A stretch of DNA of 64,000 bases from an uncultured virus (IMG/VR IMGVR_UViG_3300042879_002288) (lineage: Duplodnaviria; Heunggongvirae; Uroviricota; Caudoviricetes; Crassvirales): IMG/VR virus record IMGVR_UViG_3300042879_002288, one strand, 5' to 3'. Below, in pieces: positions 38,746 through 49,401 of the stretch. The position numbers and the translations under genes were made by a program. The stretch's first letter is position 1. Each line of letters begins with the position of its first letter. The notes under the pieces were generated by a model. The model saw only the letters and a list, made by a program, of their open reading frames with translations. It did no database searches and was not told where the DNA came from.

Positions 38746-41700
38746 CGTAAATCTTGTTGAACCTCATCATAATCAAACGCTGTTCCTCATATAGTTCGAA
38801 GATTCTGTTCTGTCTGTCCACATAGTTCTCCATCTGTTCAGCCAACCTTATCTTCTCTCTATTTGTTTTTAACATTTTTTCTGCTTTCTTGGCCTCGTTG
38901 CTAAGAAGATATATTCTTCCATAACGAGACTTCTCTCCCCTTGCCTTGGGGTCCTCATATTCATCAAGCAGTTGTTTTGTGTTTACAATGTTGTCTCTGA
39001 ACTTATCGTAATCATAATAAGTTCCAAGCTCACCGTATATCTGTCTTACCAGAGGTAGGTCGCTGGTGGTCATCTTAACTCTCTCACCCTCCTTTATCAT
39101 CTCAGCAGAGTTGTATATCAGCGTGCCAGTTCTGTCAACAAATCTACCTGCGCCGCCTATGTAAAAGTTCCAGTAGTGATACAGTCTGTCTGGGTTAAAG
39201 TCCAGTGCCCCAGGTGTATACTCACTTCCACCTGTTGTCTCGTTCATCCACTGAGCCATGTCTTTTAGGAACTTGGGAGACTTGTACGCAAGCTGGTACT
39301 CTGGGACAGGTGTCCCAAATGGCATTTGCTCTCTATACACAGCGGTTCCAAAGAACGTCTCGTTGATGGCAGCCTCGCCAAAAGCTGCAAGACCAGAAGG
39401 GGTAAGCGCCGTAATTAGACCCTTCTCAACGCTGGAGTAGCTTCCAAACTGAACTGGTGAGAATGAGTTCAGGATAGAACTCATAGAGAATATAAAGGCA
39501 TCGTCAGCGTCCCTTTCCCCAAGGGAAGCTGAAGTTACAGCCTCGCCAAACGTAGACAAAACACCAAATCCGTAAGCCATAGGAAGCTTGAAGTACTTAT
39601 CCTTGTCATACATGAGTATGAGATTTCTCTGCTTCTCATGGTCAGGTATCTTGTTGTAGAACAACTCACCATCCTCATCCTCGCCACTCATGGCTATGTT
39701 GATGGCGGTCAGTGCGCTGCTAAGTCCAAACAAACCCAAGCCAAGCTTCTGGGACTTTCTGAGTCTTTTGACGGTTGTTCCATCGGGAAGTGTTACGTTC
39801 TTACGAGAGCCCATCGTGGTAAAGAATCTGTAGCTACCCTGGATGCTGGCCCCGAAAAACAACTTGAACTGATTCAACGTAATTCCCCACTCACCGTACT
39901 TGTTAAAGTTAACAGTGATGTTCTTGGCAAGCTGTGCTGCTTTTGGCCTTGACATACCCTTCTCTCTTCCAGCTATGTAGACAGAAAGTCTGATGGTCTG
40001 TTCAAAAGCATCGTTGATGCCCTCTACATATCCACCAATTTTTCCAAGCGCCTTCTTCGTGAGATACAGTTTGTTTGGAGATAGGTCTCTCTCAAGTTCT
40101 CTGGCAATCTCGGATAGCGGCTTGGCGTAAGTATACCCAGTAAGGCCACCGTCCTCAATCATCTCATCCATGTACTGATTTATCTCAGGACTACCAGGCC
40201 TTCCATTGGCCCTTGCAACCAACGACTTCATCACTGGCCAAACCTTTTTCTTGATTTTGGCTACCTCCTTTTCTATATCAAAACCAGCTGCTATGCCTCC
40301 TTCCTCGCTTTCGTATGCAGCATTGAATAGAGCAGCCTCAAGGTCTCTGGTGAAGTTCGGGATGAAAAACTCGGGGTTCATCGTGGTGAGCGACTTACGC
40401 AACCAGGCAGTTGGCAGAAGGGCAAGCATCTTGTTGAATGCATTTACCTTGTCCACCCCCATGTTCTTCAACTGCTTGGCAAGAGATGGGTTCTGGAACC
40501 TGATGAATAACTGCTTACCCTCAACTCTTACACCAACGGTTGAGTCAGCGCCAAACTCTACGGAGGTCTCTACGCTCCACACTGATGATGGATTCTGCTG
40601 AACCAGGTTCAGCAACGACACGAGGGCCTCGTTCTTTCTTGCCTTGATTCTCAGCGCTGTAGATGCAGACACGATGTTGGCGAGCACGTTAGTAGCCTTA
40701 CTCGCTCTGCCCTTAGCCTTCTTGCTGGTTCTTCCATAAACGTGTATGCCAGAGCCGCCAGTTGGATAAACAGTTGTTTGAGCATCCTTCTCATCCAAAG
40801 CAATACCATACAGCGGAACGTAGGTTTCGTCCTGCTCCCACGAGTCTATAACATCCTGAGACTCAAGACCAAAGTCAAGCATAATCTGTCTGTTCTCAGC
40901 GAGCATGTCCTTGAACATCTTAGCCCCTTGCTCAAGAACCTCCTTGGGGTACTTCTGCTCAAGTTCTTCAATCAATGCATCCGCCTCCTCGTTCGACATG
41001 CCAGAGCCGTTTTCTTTACCATACTTCTCGAATATCATCTGGTTTCGAGACGGGGCATGAAGGGCGTACAAATAGTCGGACAGGTCGTCGGACATCAGTT
41101 TGTTCTTCCTCATAAACTCCTTGGCTGTGTCAAGCTTGGCCTCAAACTTTCTGAAATCAGCCATGGTCTTGCCAGGCATGAGTTCCTCCATCATTCTGAA
41201 GTCAGACTCAAGACCAACCTTTCTGCCCTGAGCCTTGACATCCTCAGTGAGCCAAAGAACTTCAGCATACTTGTCCTGCAAGACTCTTCTAAGGTAAAGA
41301 AGCATGGCCCTGAAGTTTGACAGCTTCGACGGCTCATACTCGCTCTGCCCTTGGTCATTCATGGGGCCCTGGTAGTAAACCCCATCAACTGCCTGCTGAC
41401 TATGTATGGAGTTCTCAGGCTCATGCATGGACAGCATGGTGTCGTACAGCTGACGCATCTTGTCGCTCAGCTCAACCTCAAGAGGAGTTCCCTTGATGCT
41501 GCTGTATATCTCACCAAGCCAGTTCTTAAACGACTTGAATATGTTTACAAGAGACAGGTTGGACACAGAGCCATCGTACAGGAACTTCTCAAAGCCCTCT
41601 GCAAATGCCTCGCTGGTGTCTCTACCCCACTCCTCATGACCAGCCCACTCCAAGACAGTTTCTCTCTCCTCTTCGGTAAGATACTGCTCGTAGAGGTGAG

Positions 41701-44700
41701 CCAGTTCGTGGAGAGGAGACGTGACGTCTGGGCTTGATATAGCGTACACCACACCCTCCTTGTTCTTGATGGCTATGGCCGCTCTTTGATTCTGGAAGTA
41801 TACCTGCTCCTTGTTGTCTATGTTGTATATAGAGCCATCCTCCCCAAGCTTGTAGATGGGGGTGCGAAGTCTTGACACGAAGTGCTTATCGTAGTTCGGG
41901 TCCTTCAAGCGCCACATCGGCTCTTTTATTGTGTCTGGTCTGTTATCCCAAGTCTTGGTGACATATTCTATAGTTCTGTTGTCACCCTCCCCGTTAAACC
42001 CTACGAACACCCCAATCTGTCCTCTGACGTTTATGTTGTCCCCAGGAACCAGGTTAGGCAACTGTCTCGTGTTTCCAGACATCTTGAAGTCACCATCCAC
42101 AGGAGTCATGGGTCTCGTGGTCTGGGCACGCAATCCTGCTGGTCCTCTGTTCCACTCCGACACAACCATGTCAAACCCATTCTCATTTGCAGCCTTGGTC
42201 ACCCAGGCCAGCTGATGATTGAATGAAGGGAATTTGGCGTTGGGGTTATCCATGAACTTTCGGTACGACTCAAGAGCCTGGTCAAACAGGTTGAGCTTGT
42301 CCTCATTGAAGTAGTACACTCTGTTCTTGGGAACCTTAACGATGTGAGGGACATTTGGAGACACCTCCTTCGTTGAATCCACATAGTACATGGCCACCCC
42401 GCCCACCTGACCTATAGCAGCAGCCTCGTCTCTGGAGGTGTGCGTCTTCTCCCCGGCCATAGGCTTGACCTGGTCTCTTCTTTCGTCGGAGTAGTGTCTG
42501 AAGACGTAGTTGCCCTCGTCATCCTGAGTCATGACAGCGTCAACCTCCTCAGGCAGTGAGTATGCGTTGTTGTTCTCTATAAACGGGTCTATGTTGTTGT
42601 CCTTCAGTCTCTGCGCTATCTCTGCATACTGCTGCTTTGAGAACGTCTTTGGGTTCTTGCCGCTTGCGCCAGTTTGTATGGTGCTGAAGTCAGACATCTT
42701 GAACACGGAGAACTGACCAGCAAATCTTGCGAACTTCATGGCGAGGGCCTCGTTGTCCTCAGGAACCATGATGTTTATATCTATGGAAACTTTGTCTGAG
42801 TTGGGGAACTTGTAAAGCCCAAACTTGACCTCGTCCGTAGCGAATACCTCCTTCATCGTGTTGATGTAGTCGGCAATCATCTCTGGAGTCAGTTCGCTCT
42901 GCGTGGTGTTGAGTGAGCCGACAGGAACCACAAGGCCAGTACCCTCAGAAAACTCCGTTCCGTCATAGTTGAAGGTGGCTCCATCCTCCTCAGCCACATC
43001 CAGGCCCTTGATTCTGTCTACCTGAGCCTTAGTATTTTGTGCGAGTTCTTTCTTGTTTACAGTCGGGCCCTGCATCAAAATCTGCGTGGTATCCGTAGCG
43101 TCCGTCTTCCTCTGAATGGCCTTAAGGGCTGGGCTCAATCCAGAGTTTGTTGGAAGCTTCCTCGTCATCTCCTTGGCATCGCTGCCGATGGGCATGTTGC
43201 TTCCGGGCTCAGAGGGGTGCTCTACAACATTACCCCACTTCTCCCTATTCCTATATACGTTTACCTTGACCTTTGTGTTGGGGTTGATAACTTGTGCTGC
43301 AAATCCATAAGACTTATGCGTGTACATTCCCTCAGCACTTGTGTTAACGCTTCTAAATGTATCGTCACCGTCTGGATTTACATCGACCTCTATAGAGGCA
43401 TATATCATCTCGCCTTTATTTATATCGCTTCTCCTATCATATTGAGATGTAAATACATCTCTTAAAATTGGCTCACAAAAAGCTCTTTCAAGTGCTTGCT
43501 TTACGTCAATACCATTTAGCTGTGCATTTTTCTTTTCTCCAGCTAAAACGGCGCGTCTTGCCGCCTCTGGAGGAAAGTCATCTTTTGATTCAAAATTTCC
43601 TAAATCAAACAGTACTTTAATTAACTCGTCTTTAAGGTTTTTGTCTTTTTTTGCTGCTTCAGTTATGTATGAAATTAAGGCCTCGGAAAACACTTTTCTG
43701 TCTTCAAAAGTTCTATTTTGTATTGCCGAATAAACTTTGTTAAGAACAACTTCAAAACTGTCTCGTTTTTTTATGTCCGCCTTTAATTGATATACTTTTG
43801 TTATTTCTTCTCCCTTGTCGTTTTTGCTCTTTTTAACAACTTGTTTATTGGTAGCCGCAATAAGGGCATCAACAAGGAGTTGCTTTTTCAAAGAAGACTT
43901 GGGGTCTTTGACCATATTCTCCAGCAACCTCATAAAACCAGAATTGAAGCTTGCATTGGTTCTGAGCTTGTCCATCCCTGTGGTAACAAGAACCAATCGA
44001 ACCTTACCATCGGTGCTATTTTTAGCTGCCTTGTTCAAAGCGTTGACAAGCCCATTTGTAGTGGATGGCTTGGTCGCAACCCAAAATAAATTACTTTCTC
44101 TTGCGCCTGGTATAAGGGGATAATAAACACCTCCTTCGCCTTCTACAAGCAAAACACCATTTCTAACTGTGTCACTGGCAGACATCGCGTCTGGGACATG
44201 CAGAACCATAGACGTGCCAAAGAGAGATTCTATGTCAGCCTCGTCATCTATGAGTCCATCGGCCTTGAGCTGAGCAAACTCCTCGCTATTCTTCAGCCAT
44301 GTTCTTGTGAATCCATTCTCGCTAAGCGCTATGTTTTCTTGGAACAGCAGCACCTCCTCGGTGTTGTCTGGGACTATCTTGCCATCAGGGGTGACGGACT
44401 TAGCCTTCTCCCACGACAAACGTCCGTACATCTCTTCCTTGCTGATTCCGTCTCTCTTGGCCATATTGGCAATCATGACGTCAGCCACAGCGGCGTCAGC
44501 CTTGGCCTTGTCCTTTGGCAATCCGAACACGACTTCAAGGGTCTTGGCAAGCTGGGCCTTGCTCTTGGGCTTGGATATTTTCTCAGCCTCTTTCGCTCTC
44601 TTGTCGGCGAACTTAGCATCCATGGGACTTGCGATGCCGCGCTTGACCACAAGCTTTGCAGGCTGTACCACCTGCCCGTTCTTCCTTATCTCAGGTCTCG

Positions 44701-47700
44701 ACACAGACGAGACAACCTCTTCGCCTTTAGGCAGGTTCTTGTCTGGGACATAGGCAACCTCGTCGAGTTCGTTCTTGACATACCGTTCGCCTATGTTGGG
44801 AGCGGTATAAGAATAGCCAGAGGTTCTAAGCTGTTCTCTTGCGTCATCAAGTTCCTTCTGTTGCTTCTGTGTCAGCTTGGCACCACGAGCCACTGCATCA
44901 TCATGTTGAGCTATCAGGGTAGCCATACGGATTGGCTCTGTCTCTATGGATAGGAGTCTTGACAGCCTCTCCATAGATGGGTTAGCTTTCTCCGCTGGCG
45001 CAGGCTTCTCCTTTATTGGGGAGGATTTTGGCTTTGTAGGTGTTTCGACAGGTACTTTACTTGCAGGCTTCTCGGCAGTTGTTTTAGTTTCGACAGGTTT
45101 GGAAACTCTTTCTGCGAGTTTGCTGGCGACGTACTCGTCATGTTCTCTTTGGAATTGTTCATCTTGTTCTAAAAGTTGGTCTACTCTCTCAACCTGTTGT
45201 GGTGACTCGGCGTTAGCCAAAAGTACTTGATAGGCAACATCTTCCGCAAGCTGTCCCTCGAACATCTTTCTTTCGTCACTGCCAACCTTCTTCAAGCTGA
45301 CCCTTGCGACATTTCCACTATCATCATATTCGATACCAAGAGTTGGTAACTCAAGCTGTGCTTCAAAACTCTCACCATCCACTTCTATGGTCTCATCTTT
45401 CAAAGTCCTCACTCTCTCTGGCTCAACCTGGAGCCCAACTTCAGAAAGGTCATTCTCAAAGACCTCCATGTAGTTGCCTATCTCGTATATCTTGTCCTCG
45501 GTCTCGAAGACTAAGGTCTGGTCCTGAACATACAGGTCTCCTTTAACGGGCTGGTCAAACTTGATACCACCAAATGAGGTGAGGGTAGCTGGTCTGTTCA
45601 AAGATTCCTGAACCGTGACTCCCTGAAGTGCAACCTCTTCTGCTGGAGCCTGTATATCAGTTTTAGTTTCTGTAGCAATAGGAGAAGAATTAAGCTCTAA
45701 GGTAAATGTCTCTCCTTTGTAACGAACAGTTACAGTAGGGACAAATCGTCCTCCTCCCGATGACTCTTTAAGTACAGTGGCAGAATCGTCAAGAGATTCT
45801 AAGACCCCAAGAGATTCCTCATTAAAATCATATTGACTTAATAATTCGTCTTTTGACAGTTGTTTACCTCCAAAAGTTACCTTCTTGCCTTCTATTAGCT
45901 GTTCATAAGATACATTTGTAACTGTAACTTCTTCTACTTCTTCTATAGAAGTTGTGGATGTAACTACGTTTTTACGACCTTTAGCGTCTACAAAGGTTTG
46001 AACGGGTGGTTTTTCTGTGCTTCTGTTTATGTAGGAGCCGTTTATGTCTGCTATCTCTGCGTCTATGGCTGCTATACGCTGTGCTGTCACCTGACCCGCA
46101 TCAGCCTCTCTTCCCTTCTCTTTTGTGCCAGCTGCCTTAGATAGCGCCCTTCTCTCAAGCTCAAGGTTGATGATTCTGCGTCTGTCTTCAGACGAGACAG
46201 ATGGGTCTATCCTGTCAGCCACTTGTGCTCTGAAGGCCTTCTCCTCAAGGATGTCAGACAGTTCTGGGTCGTTGTTTATGGTTATGGTGAAGTCCTTGAG
46301 GTCCTCAGGTGTTGAGGACTCAATGATTCTCCTTGCTTGCTGTTTGTTTACCTTCTTGTCATTTATGGTGTATGACGGAAGTGTCTTGGCAGTGTAGTCA
46401 TCAAGCATGGCCTGGCCCACCGTCAACGGAGCCATTCCAGCCTCAGCCAAGCCCTCGATAAGTATGTCTGCACCAGAAATCTTCTGACCAGCGGCTACCT
46501 GTCCAGCAAATTCACCAGCGGAACCAAATGCGCTCTCTATGGGTGCGGTAGCAGCAACCCTACCGACGGCGGAAACGCCTTTCTTAGCGAGAGCAGACGC
46601 GGCCGCACCACCAACCCCCATGCTAATACCATCCACAACACCTATTACAAGACCCCTTTTTGCTGAACCAGAAAGAACTGCGTCATATATGTCTTCGTTG
46701 TTCAAGGCTGATTGGATGTTTTCTGGGGTCCACTGCATGCCTCTGTTCGCCATTTCCTGCCGAAGGAGGTCAACGAATGTTGCAGATGTCTCAAGTACAG
46801 TGGATGCGGCGCCAAAAGCAAAAGGAACAGAACCAACAGCAGCACCTATTGCCCCAGGAACGGCGCCTACAGCAGCCCCACCTGCCGCTGCCCCAGCCAC
46901 CGTACTACCAAAGGCAGTTGCAGACGCCTTGTTAAAAAGACCTGCAAGAGACTCAAGAGTTATTGTAGGCAGTATTGATGGGTTTCTGCCTATAGCATAC
47001 AAAGCAGCAAGAGTGGTATTCTCACCGTTAGCCTCCGCATCCTGCTGGCTCTGCTGGAAATCAAGCATCTCGGCAGACACCCCGTATTTATCTACAAATC
47101 TTTGATGCTCATCAGCAGCATTCATAAATTTTTCAGCCTGAGACAGGGTGACATTGCCTCTGGTAACCATTATGTCAGCAACCTCTGCGGCAGCGTCATT
47201 GGCTGACAGCGAGCCAGCTATACCTCTGACAGCGTCATCAAACATGTCAATTATGGGGGCAGAATATGCTGACTCTGAACCCATAAAAAACTTAACACCT
47301 TCATAAAGGCCAGGTGCATTTGGGAATGTCTCCTTGACAAGCTGAGGTATAAAGGCCTGATTAGCTTTATCCTCAAGGGCCTTGCGTCTTGCTGCTATTA
47401 TCTCTTCTTGACGCTGGTCAACCATCTGAGGGAGTTCCTCCATAGGAGCCTCCATGGCCTGCTGAATCTGAGACGACCTCCAATCATCCTCAGTAAACCC
47501 GTACTTGGAAGCAGCCTCATCAGAAATCTCTCCCAAGTCCCTCCCAGACAACAGGTTAGACTTTACGAAGTTGTTCATTACCTGACCGTACGATGGGCCA
47601 GAAGGAGGTGTGTAGGTGCCTCTAAACGGCCTTATGGCCGTGGCAGACTGTAACTCAGCGCCTCTTAGGGAAGAAAAACCTCCCGAAGAAGGAGCAGGCG

Positions 47701-47917
47701 CTGGCGAAGAGTCTTTTTTTTTTGGCTCACCTCCGAAGTAAGCCTGGTAGAACGACTCAGACGACAGGTCTGTCATCTGATTTTGAACTAAATAACCGTA
47801 TAGCTGATTGTACTTTTCCTTGTCTGAGCCGTAGACATTATAAAATTCATCGGCACCCAAGTCTGTCATGCCGTTAGACTGCAAGTACTGATACAGTTGT
47901 TGATATTTTTCGTTCAT
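38720..47917 (-). CDS. Giant polyvalent internal virion protein (zincin HELAH, C-terminal LPD38-like domain)
   Basis: 3065 aa; hydrophobic G/A-rich N-region; HELAH; NP.F...NF.RD, AKNITVNFNK, KLPMAYGF. Confidence 0.75.
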   Translation of the reverse strand: MNEKYQQLYQYLQSNGMTDLGADEFYNVYGSDKEKYNQLYGYLVQNQMTDLSSESFYQAYFGGEPKKKDSSPAPAPSSGGFSSLRGAELQSATAIRPFRGTYTPPSGPSYGQVMNNFVKSNLLSGRDLGEISDEAASKYGFTEDDWRSSQIQQAMEAPMEELPQMVDQRQEEIIAARRKALEDKANQAFIPQLVKETFPNAPGLYEGVKFFMGSESAYSAPIIDMFDDAVRGIAGSLSANDAAAEVADIMVTRGNVTLSQAEKFMNAADEHQRFVDKYGVSAEMLDFQQSQQDAEANGENTTLAALYAIGRNPSILPTITLESLAGLFNKASATAFGSTVAGAAAGGAAVGAVPGAIGAAVGSVPFAFGAASTVLETSATFVDLLRQEMANRGMQWTPENIQSALNNEDIYDAVLSGSAKRGLVIGVVDGISMGVGGAAASALAKKGVSAVGRVAATAPIESAFGSAGEFAGQVAAGQKISGADILIEGLAEAGMAPLTVGQAMLDDYTAKTLPSYTINDKKVNKQQARRIIESSTPEDLKDFTITINNDPELSDILEEKAFRAQVADRIDPSVSSEDRRRIINLELERRALSKAAGTKEKGREADAGQVTAQRIAAIDAEIADINGSYINRSTEKPPVQTFVDAKGRKNVVTSTTSIEEVEEVTVTNVSYEQLIEGKKVTFGGKQLSKDELLSQYDFNEESLGVLESLDDSATVLKESSGGGRFVPTVTVRYKGETFTLELNSSPIATETKTDIQAPAEEVALQGVTVQESLNRPATLTSFGGIKFDQPVKGDLYVQDQTLVFETEDKIYEIGNYMEVFENDLSEVGLQVEPERVRTLKDETIEVDGESFEAQLELPTLGIEYDDSGNVARVSLKKVGSDERKMFEGQLAEDVAYQVLLANAESPQQVERVDQLLEQDEQFQREHDEYVASKLAERVSKPVETKTTAEKPASKVPVETPTKPKSSPIKEKPAPAEKANPSMERLSRLLSIETEPIRMATLIAQHDDAVARGAKLTQKQQKELDDAREQLRTSGYSYTAPNIGERYVKNELDEVAYVPDKNLPKGEEVVSSVSRPEIRKNGQVVQPAKLVVKRGIASPMDAKFADKRAKEAEKISKPKSKAQLAKTLEVVFGLPKDKAKADAAVADVMIANMAKRDGISKEEMYGRLSWEKAKSVTPDGKIVPDNTEEVLLFQENIALSENGFTRTWLKNSEEFAQLKADGLIDDEADIESLFGTSMVLHVPDAMSASDTVRNGVLLVEGEGGVYYPLIPGARESNLFWVATKPSTTNGLVNALNKAAKNSTDGKVRLVLVTTGMDKLRTNASFNSGFMRLLENMVKDPKSSLKKQLLVDALIAATNKQVVKKSKNDKGEEITKVYQLKADIKKRDSFEVVLNKVYSAIQNRTFEDRKVFSEALISYITEAAKKDKNLKDELIKVLFDLGNFESKDDFPPEAARRAVLAGEKKNAQLNGIDVKQALERAFCEPILRDVFTSQYDRRSDINKGEMIYASIEVDVNPDGDDTFRSVNTSAEGMYTHKSYGFAAQVINPNTKVKVNVYRNREKWGNVVEHPSEPGSNMPIGSDAKEMTRKLPTNSGLSPALKAIQRKTDATDTTQILMQGPTVNKKELAQNTKAQVDRIKGLDVAEEDGATFNYDGTEFSEGTGLVVPVGSLNTTQSELTPEMIADYINTMKEVFATDEVKFGLYKFPNSDKVSIDINIMVPEDNEALAMKFARFAGQFSVFKMSDFSTIQTGASGKNPKTFSKQQYAEIAQRLKDNNIDPFIENNNAYSLPEEVDAVMTQDDEGNYVFRHYSDERRDQVKPMAGEKTHTSRDEAAAIGQVGGVAMYYVDSTKEVSPNVPHIVKVPKNRVYYFNEDKLNLFDQALESYRKFMDNPNAKFPSFNHQLAWVTKAANENGFDMVVSEWNRGPAGLRAQTTRPMTPVDGDFKMSGNTRQLPNLVPGDNINVRGQIGVFVGFNGEGDNRTIEYVTKTWDNRPDTIKEPMWRLKDPNYDKHFVSRLRTPIYKLGEDGSIYNIDNKEQVYFQNQRAAIAIKNKEGVVYAISSPDVTSPLHELAHLYEQYLTEEERETVLEWAGHEEWGRDTSEAFAEGFEKFLYDGSVSNLSLVNIFKSFKNWLGEIYSSIKGTPLEVELSDKMRQLYDTMLSMHEPENSIHSQQAVDGVYYQGPMNDQGQSEYEPSKLSNFRAMLLYLRRVLQDKYAEVLWLTEDVKAQGRKVGLESDFRMMEELMPGKTMADFRKFEAKLDTAKEFMRKNKLMSDDLSDYLYALHAPSRNQMIFEKYGKENGSGMSNEEADALIEELEQKYPKEVLEQGAKMFKDMLAENRQIMLDFGLESQDVIDSWEQDETYVPLYGIALDEKDAQTTVYPTGGSGIHVYGRTSKKAKGRASKATNVLANIVSASTALRIKARKNEALVSLLNLVQQNPSSVWSVETSVEFGADSTVGVRVEGKQLFIRFQNPSLAKQLKNMGVDKVNAFNKMLALLPTAWLRKSLTTMNPEFFIPNFTRDLEAALFNAAYESEEGGIAAGFDIEKEVAKIKKKVWPVMKSLVARANGRPGSPEINQYMDEMIEDGGLTGYTYAKPLSEIARELERDLSPNKLYLTKKALGKIGGYVEGINDAFEQTIRLSVYIAGREKGMSRPKAAQLAKNITVNFNKYGEWGITLNQFKLFFGASIQGSYRFFTTMGSRKNVTLPDGTTVKRLRKSQKLGLGLFGLSSALTAINIAMSGEDEDGELFYNKIPDHEKQRNLILMYDKDKYFKLPMAYGFGVLSTFGEAVTSASLGERDADDAFIFSMSSILNSFSPVQFGSYSSVEKGLITALTPSGLAAFGEAAINETFFGTAVYREQMPFGTPVPEYQLAYKSPKFLKDMAQWMNETTGGSEYTPGALDFNPDRLYHYWNFYIGGAGRFVDRTGTLIYNSAEMIKEGERVKMTTSDLPLVRQIYGELGTYYDYDKFRDNIVNTKQLLDEYEDPKARGEKSRYGRIYLLSNEAKKAEKMLKTNREKIRLAEQMENYVDRQNRIFELYEEQRLIMMRFNKIYDEKGPKED

Positions 47918-47936
47918 GTCGTTTATCCGTTAAATG

Positions 47937-49400
47937 TCATTTTCTTACTGCCCCTTGGGACGTAAAGAACATTTTTTGACCACCACCCCCTTCTTGACTT
48001 GTAGGGGTCTGGAAGCCAGTAAGAGTCTGATATACTCTTCCGCTACTCCAGTCACTCAAAGCTAAGTTACCGCCGTACACAAGCTTTAGCAACCCCTCAA
48101 TATCTCTTGCCGCATCAGTATTGTAAGGGACAGTCACATCACCTATGTCAGTCCCGTCAGATGATGTAGCGTTCTTGATAATCATGCGGTCAGAAAGGAA
48201 TGTGATGTTCTTTGGAACAACGGTGACCTTTCCTGCAAGCTGGTCTCTTATTTCTGAATTAACATACTGAGACAGGTTTATCCCTGCTGTTGCCGCCTTC
48301 TCTTCGGATATGTTGGGTAGTGAGTAGTTATATCCAGTTTGAGTTTTTGGTGCTCTGTTGAATATTCCTAATCCTCTTTGCTCTTTTTCCGGCTGGCTCA
48401 GTGGAATCTCAACCTGCTCTACTTGTGCGTTGACAAACGACAGGGCTGGTGGTTTTGTTGTGCCAGTTGAACGTGGAGCAGTCGCGCTTCTCGGAGCATA
48501 CGTCTTTCTCATGTTCAAGAACGGGGCAAGAACTGCATCAGCGTACGACTCGGCATAAACTTCGTTGGGGTCTTTTCCTGGGGCATCGACCACCGAGGTA
48601 CCCATGGTTTGCTCATAGTACATCTTCGCCGAGGCCGAAAGAGCCTCGTCGTTAGACACAGACGCAATGATTTCTGGCTTGACTCTGGCTGCAAACGACT
48701 TACCAGTATCACTCTCATTGACAGCCCTTGTTGCAAGCGGGCTGTATTGTGTAGACAGTTCAAGAGGGGCGATGTAGTTCCAGTCTATCTGAGGCAGGAA
48801 CGGAGCTGGATTGGCAGCTATAGGGATGTCAAACAACGGCATTTGTCCGGTTGCTCCAAGACCGTTATACTCAACCATCACCGAACCATCCTCAGCAACA
48901 GTCCACCCATCTATCCCCATGTTCTGAGCCATGTCAGCCTTATGAGTATATGTGCTCAGGTCTTCAGTCACCTTCTTGGTCTTGTCTGGGTATAGTCCAG
49001 GAGCCTGCATGTACTTCATGGTCTCCTGAAGCACGGGCTTTACCGTCTCGTAGTGGTTGCTGAAGTACCCGTGCATATTAGAGACGTTGCCTATGTCTCT
49101 ATAGAAGTCCTCAATGCTTGTGTACTGGCTGTTCTTGAGCTTGTCAGCTACCTGACCACGTACCTCATTGAAAATCTGTATGGGCTGGTCACCCCATCCG
49201 TTGGTCTTAAATCCGTATAAGGATTCAAGTTGCTTCAGCCTAAACTCATTCTTTCTCTCTTGAGATTCAACTATTTGAGCTATGTTAGCTTTCTGCTGCT
49301 CCTGTATGAGGGCAACTCTTTTTTGCAGGGCGTCTGCATAAGACTCCTGGGCGGCTACAGGAGCCACATAGCCATAGTACGGTGCTGCTTCTTCTGCCAT
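47937..49400 (-). CDS. Probable internal (ejected) virion protein
   Basis: Position between tail genes and the giant gene. Confidence 0.6.
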   Translation of the reverse strand: MAEEAAPYYGYVAPVAAQESYADALQKRVALIQEQQKANIAQIVESQERKNEFRLKQLESLYGFKTNGWGDQPIQIFNEVRGQVADKLKNSQYTSIEDFYRDIGNVSNMHGYFSNHYETVKPVLQETMKYMQAPGLYPDKTKKVTEDLSTYTHKADMAQNMGIDGWTVAEDGSVMVEYNGLGATGQMPLFDIPIAANPAPFLPQIDWNYIAPLELSTQYSPLATRAVNESDTGKSFAARVKPEIIASVSNDEALSASAKMYYEQTMGTSVVDAPGKDPNEVYAESYADAVLAPFLNMRKTYAPRSATAPRSTGTTKPPALSFVNAQVEQVEIPLSQPEKEQRGLGIFNRAPKTQTGYNYSLPNISEEKAATAGINLSQYVNSEIRDQLAGKVTVVPKNITFLSDRMIIKNATSSDGTDIGDVTVPYNTDAARDIEGLLKLVYGGNLALSDWSSGRVYQTLTGFQTPTSQEGGGGQKMFFTSQGAVRK

Positions 49401-49401
49401 A

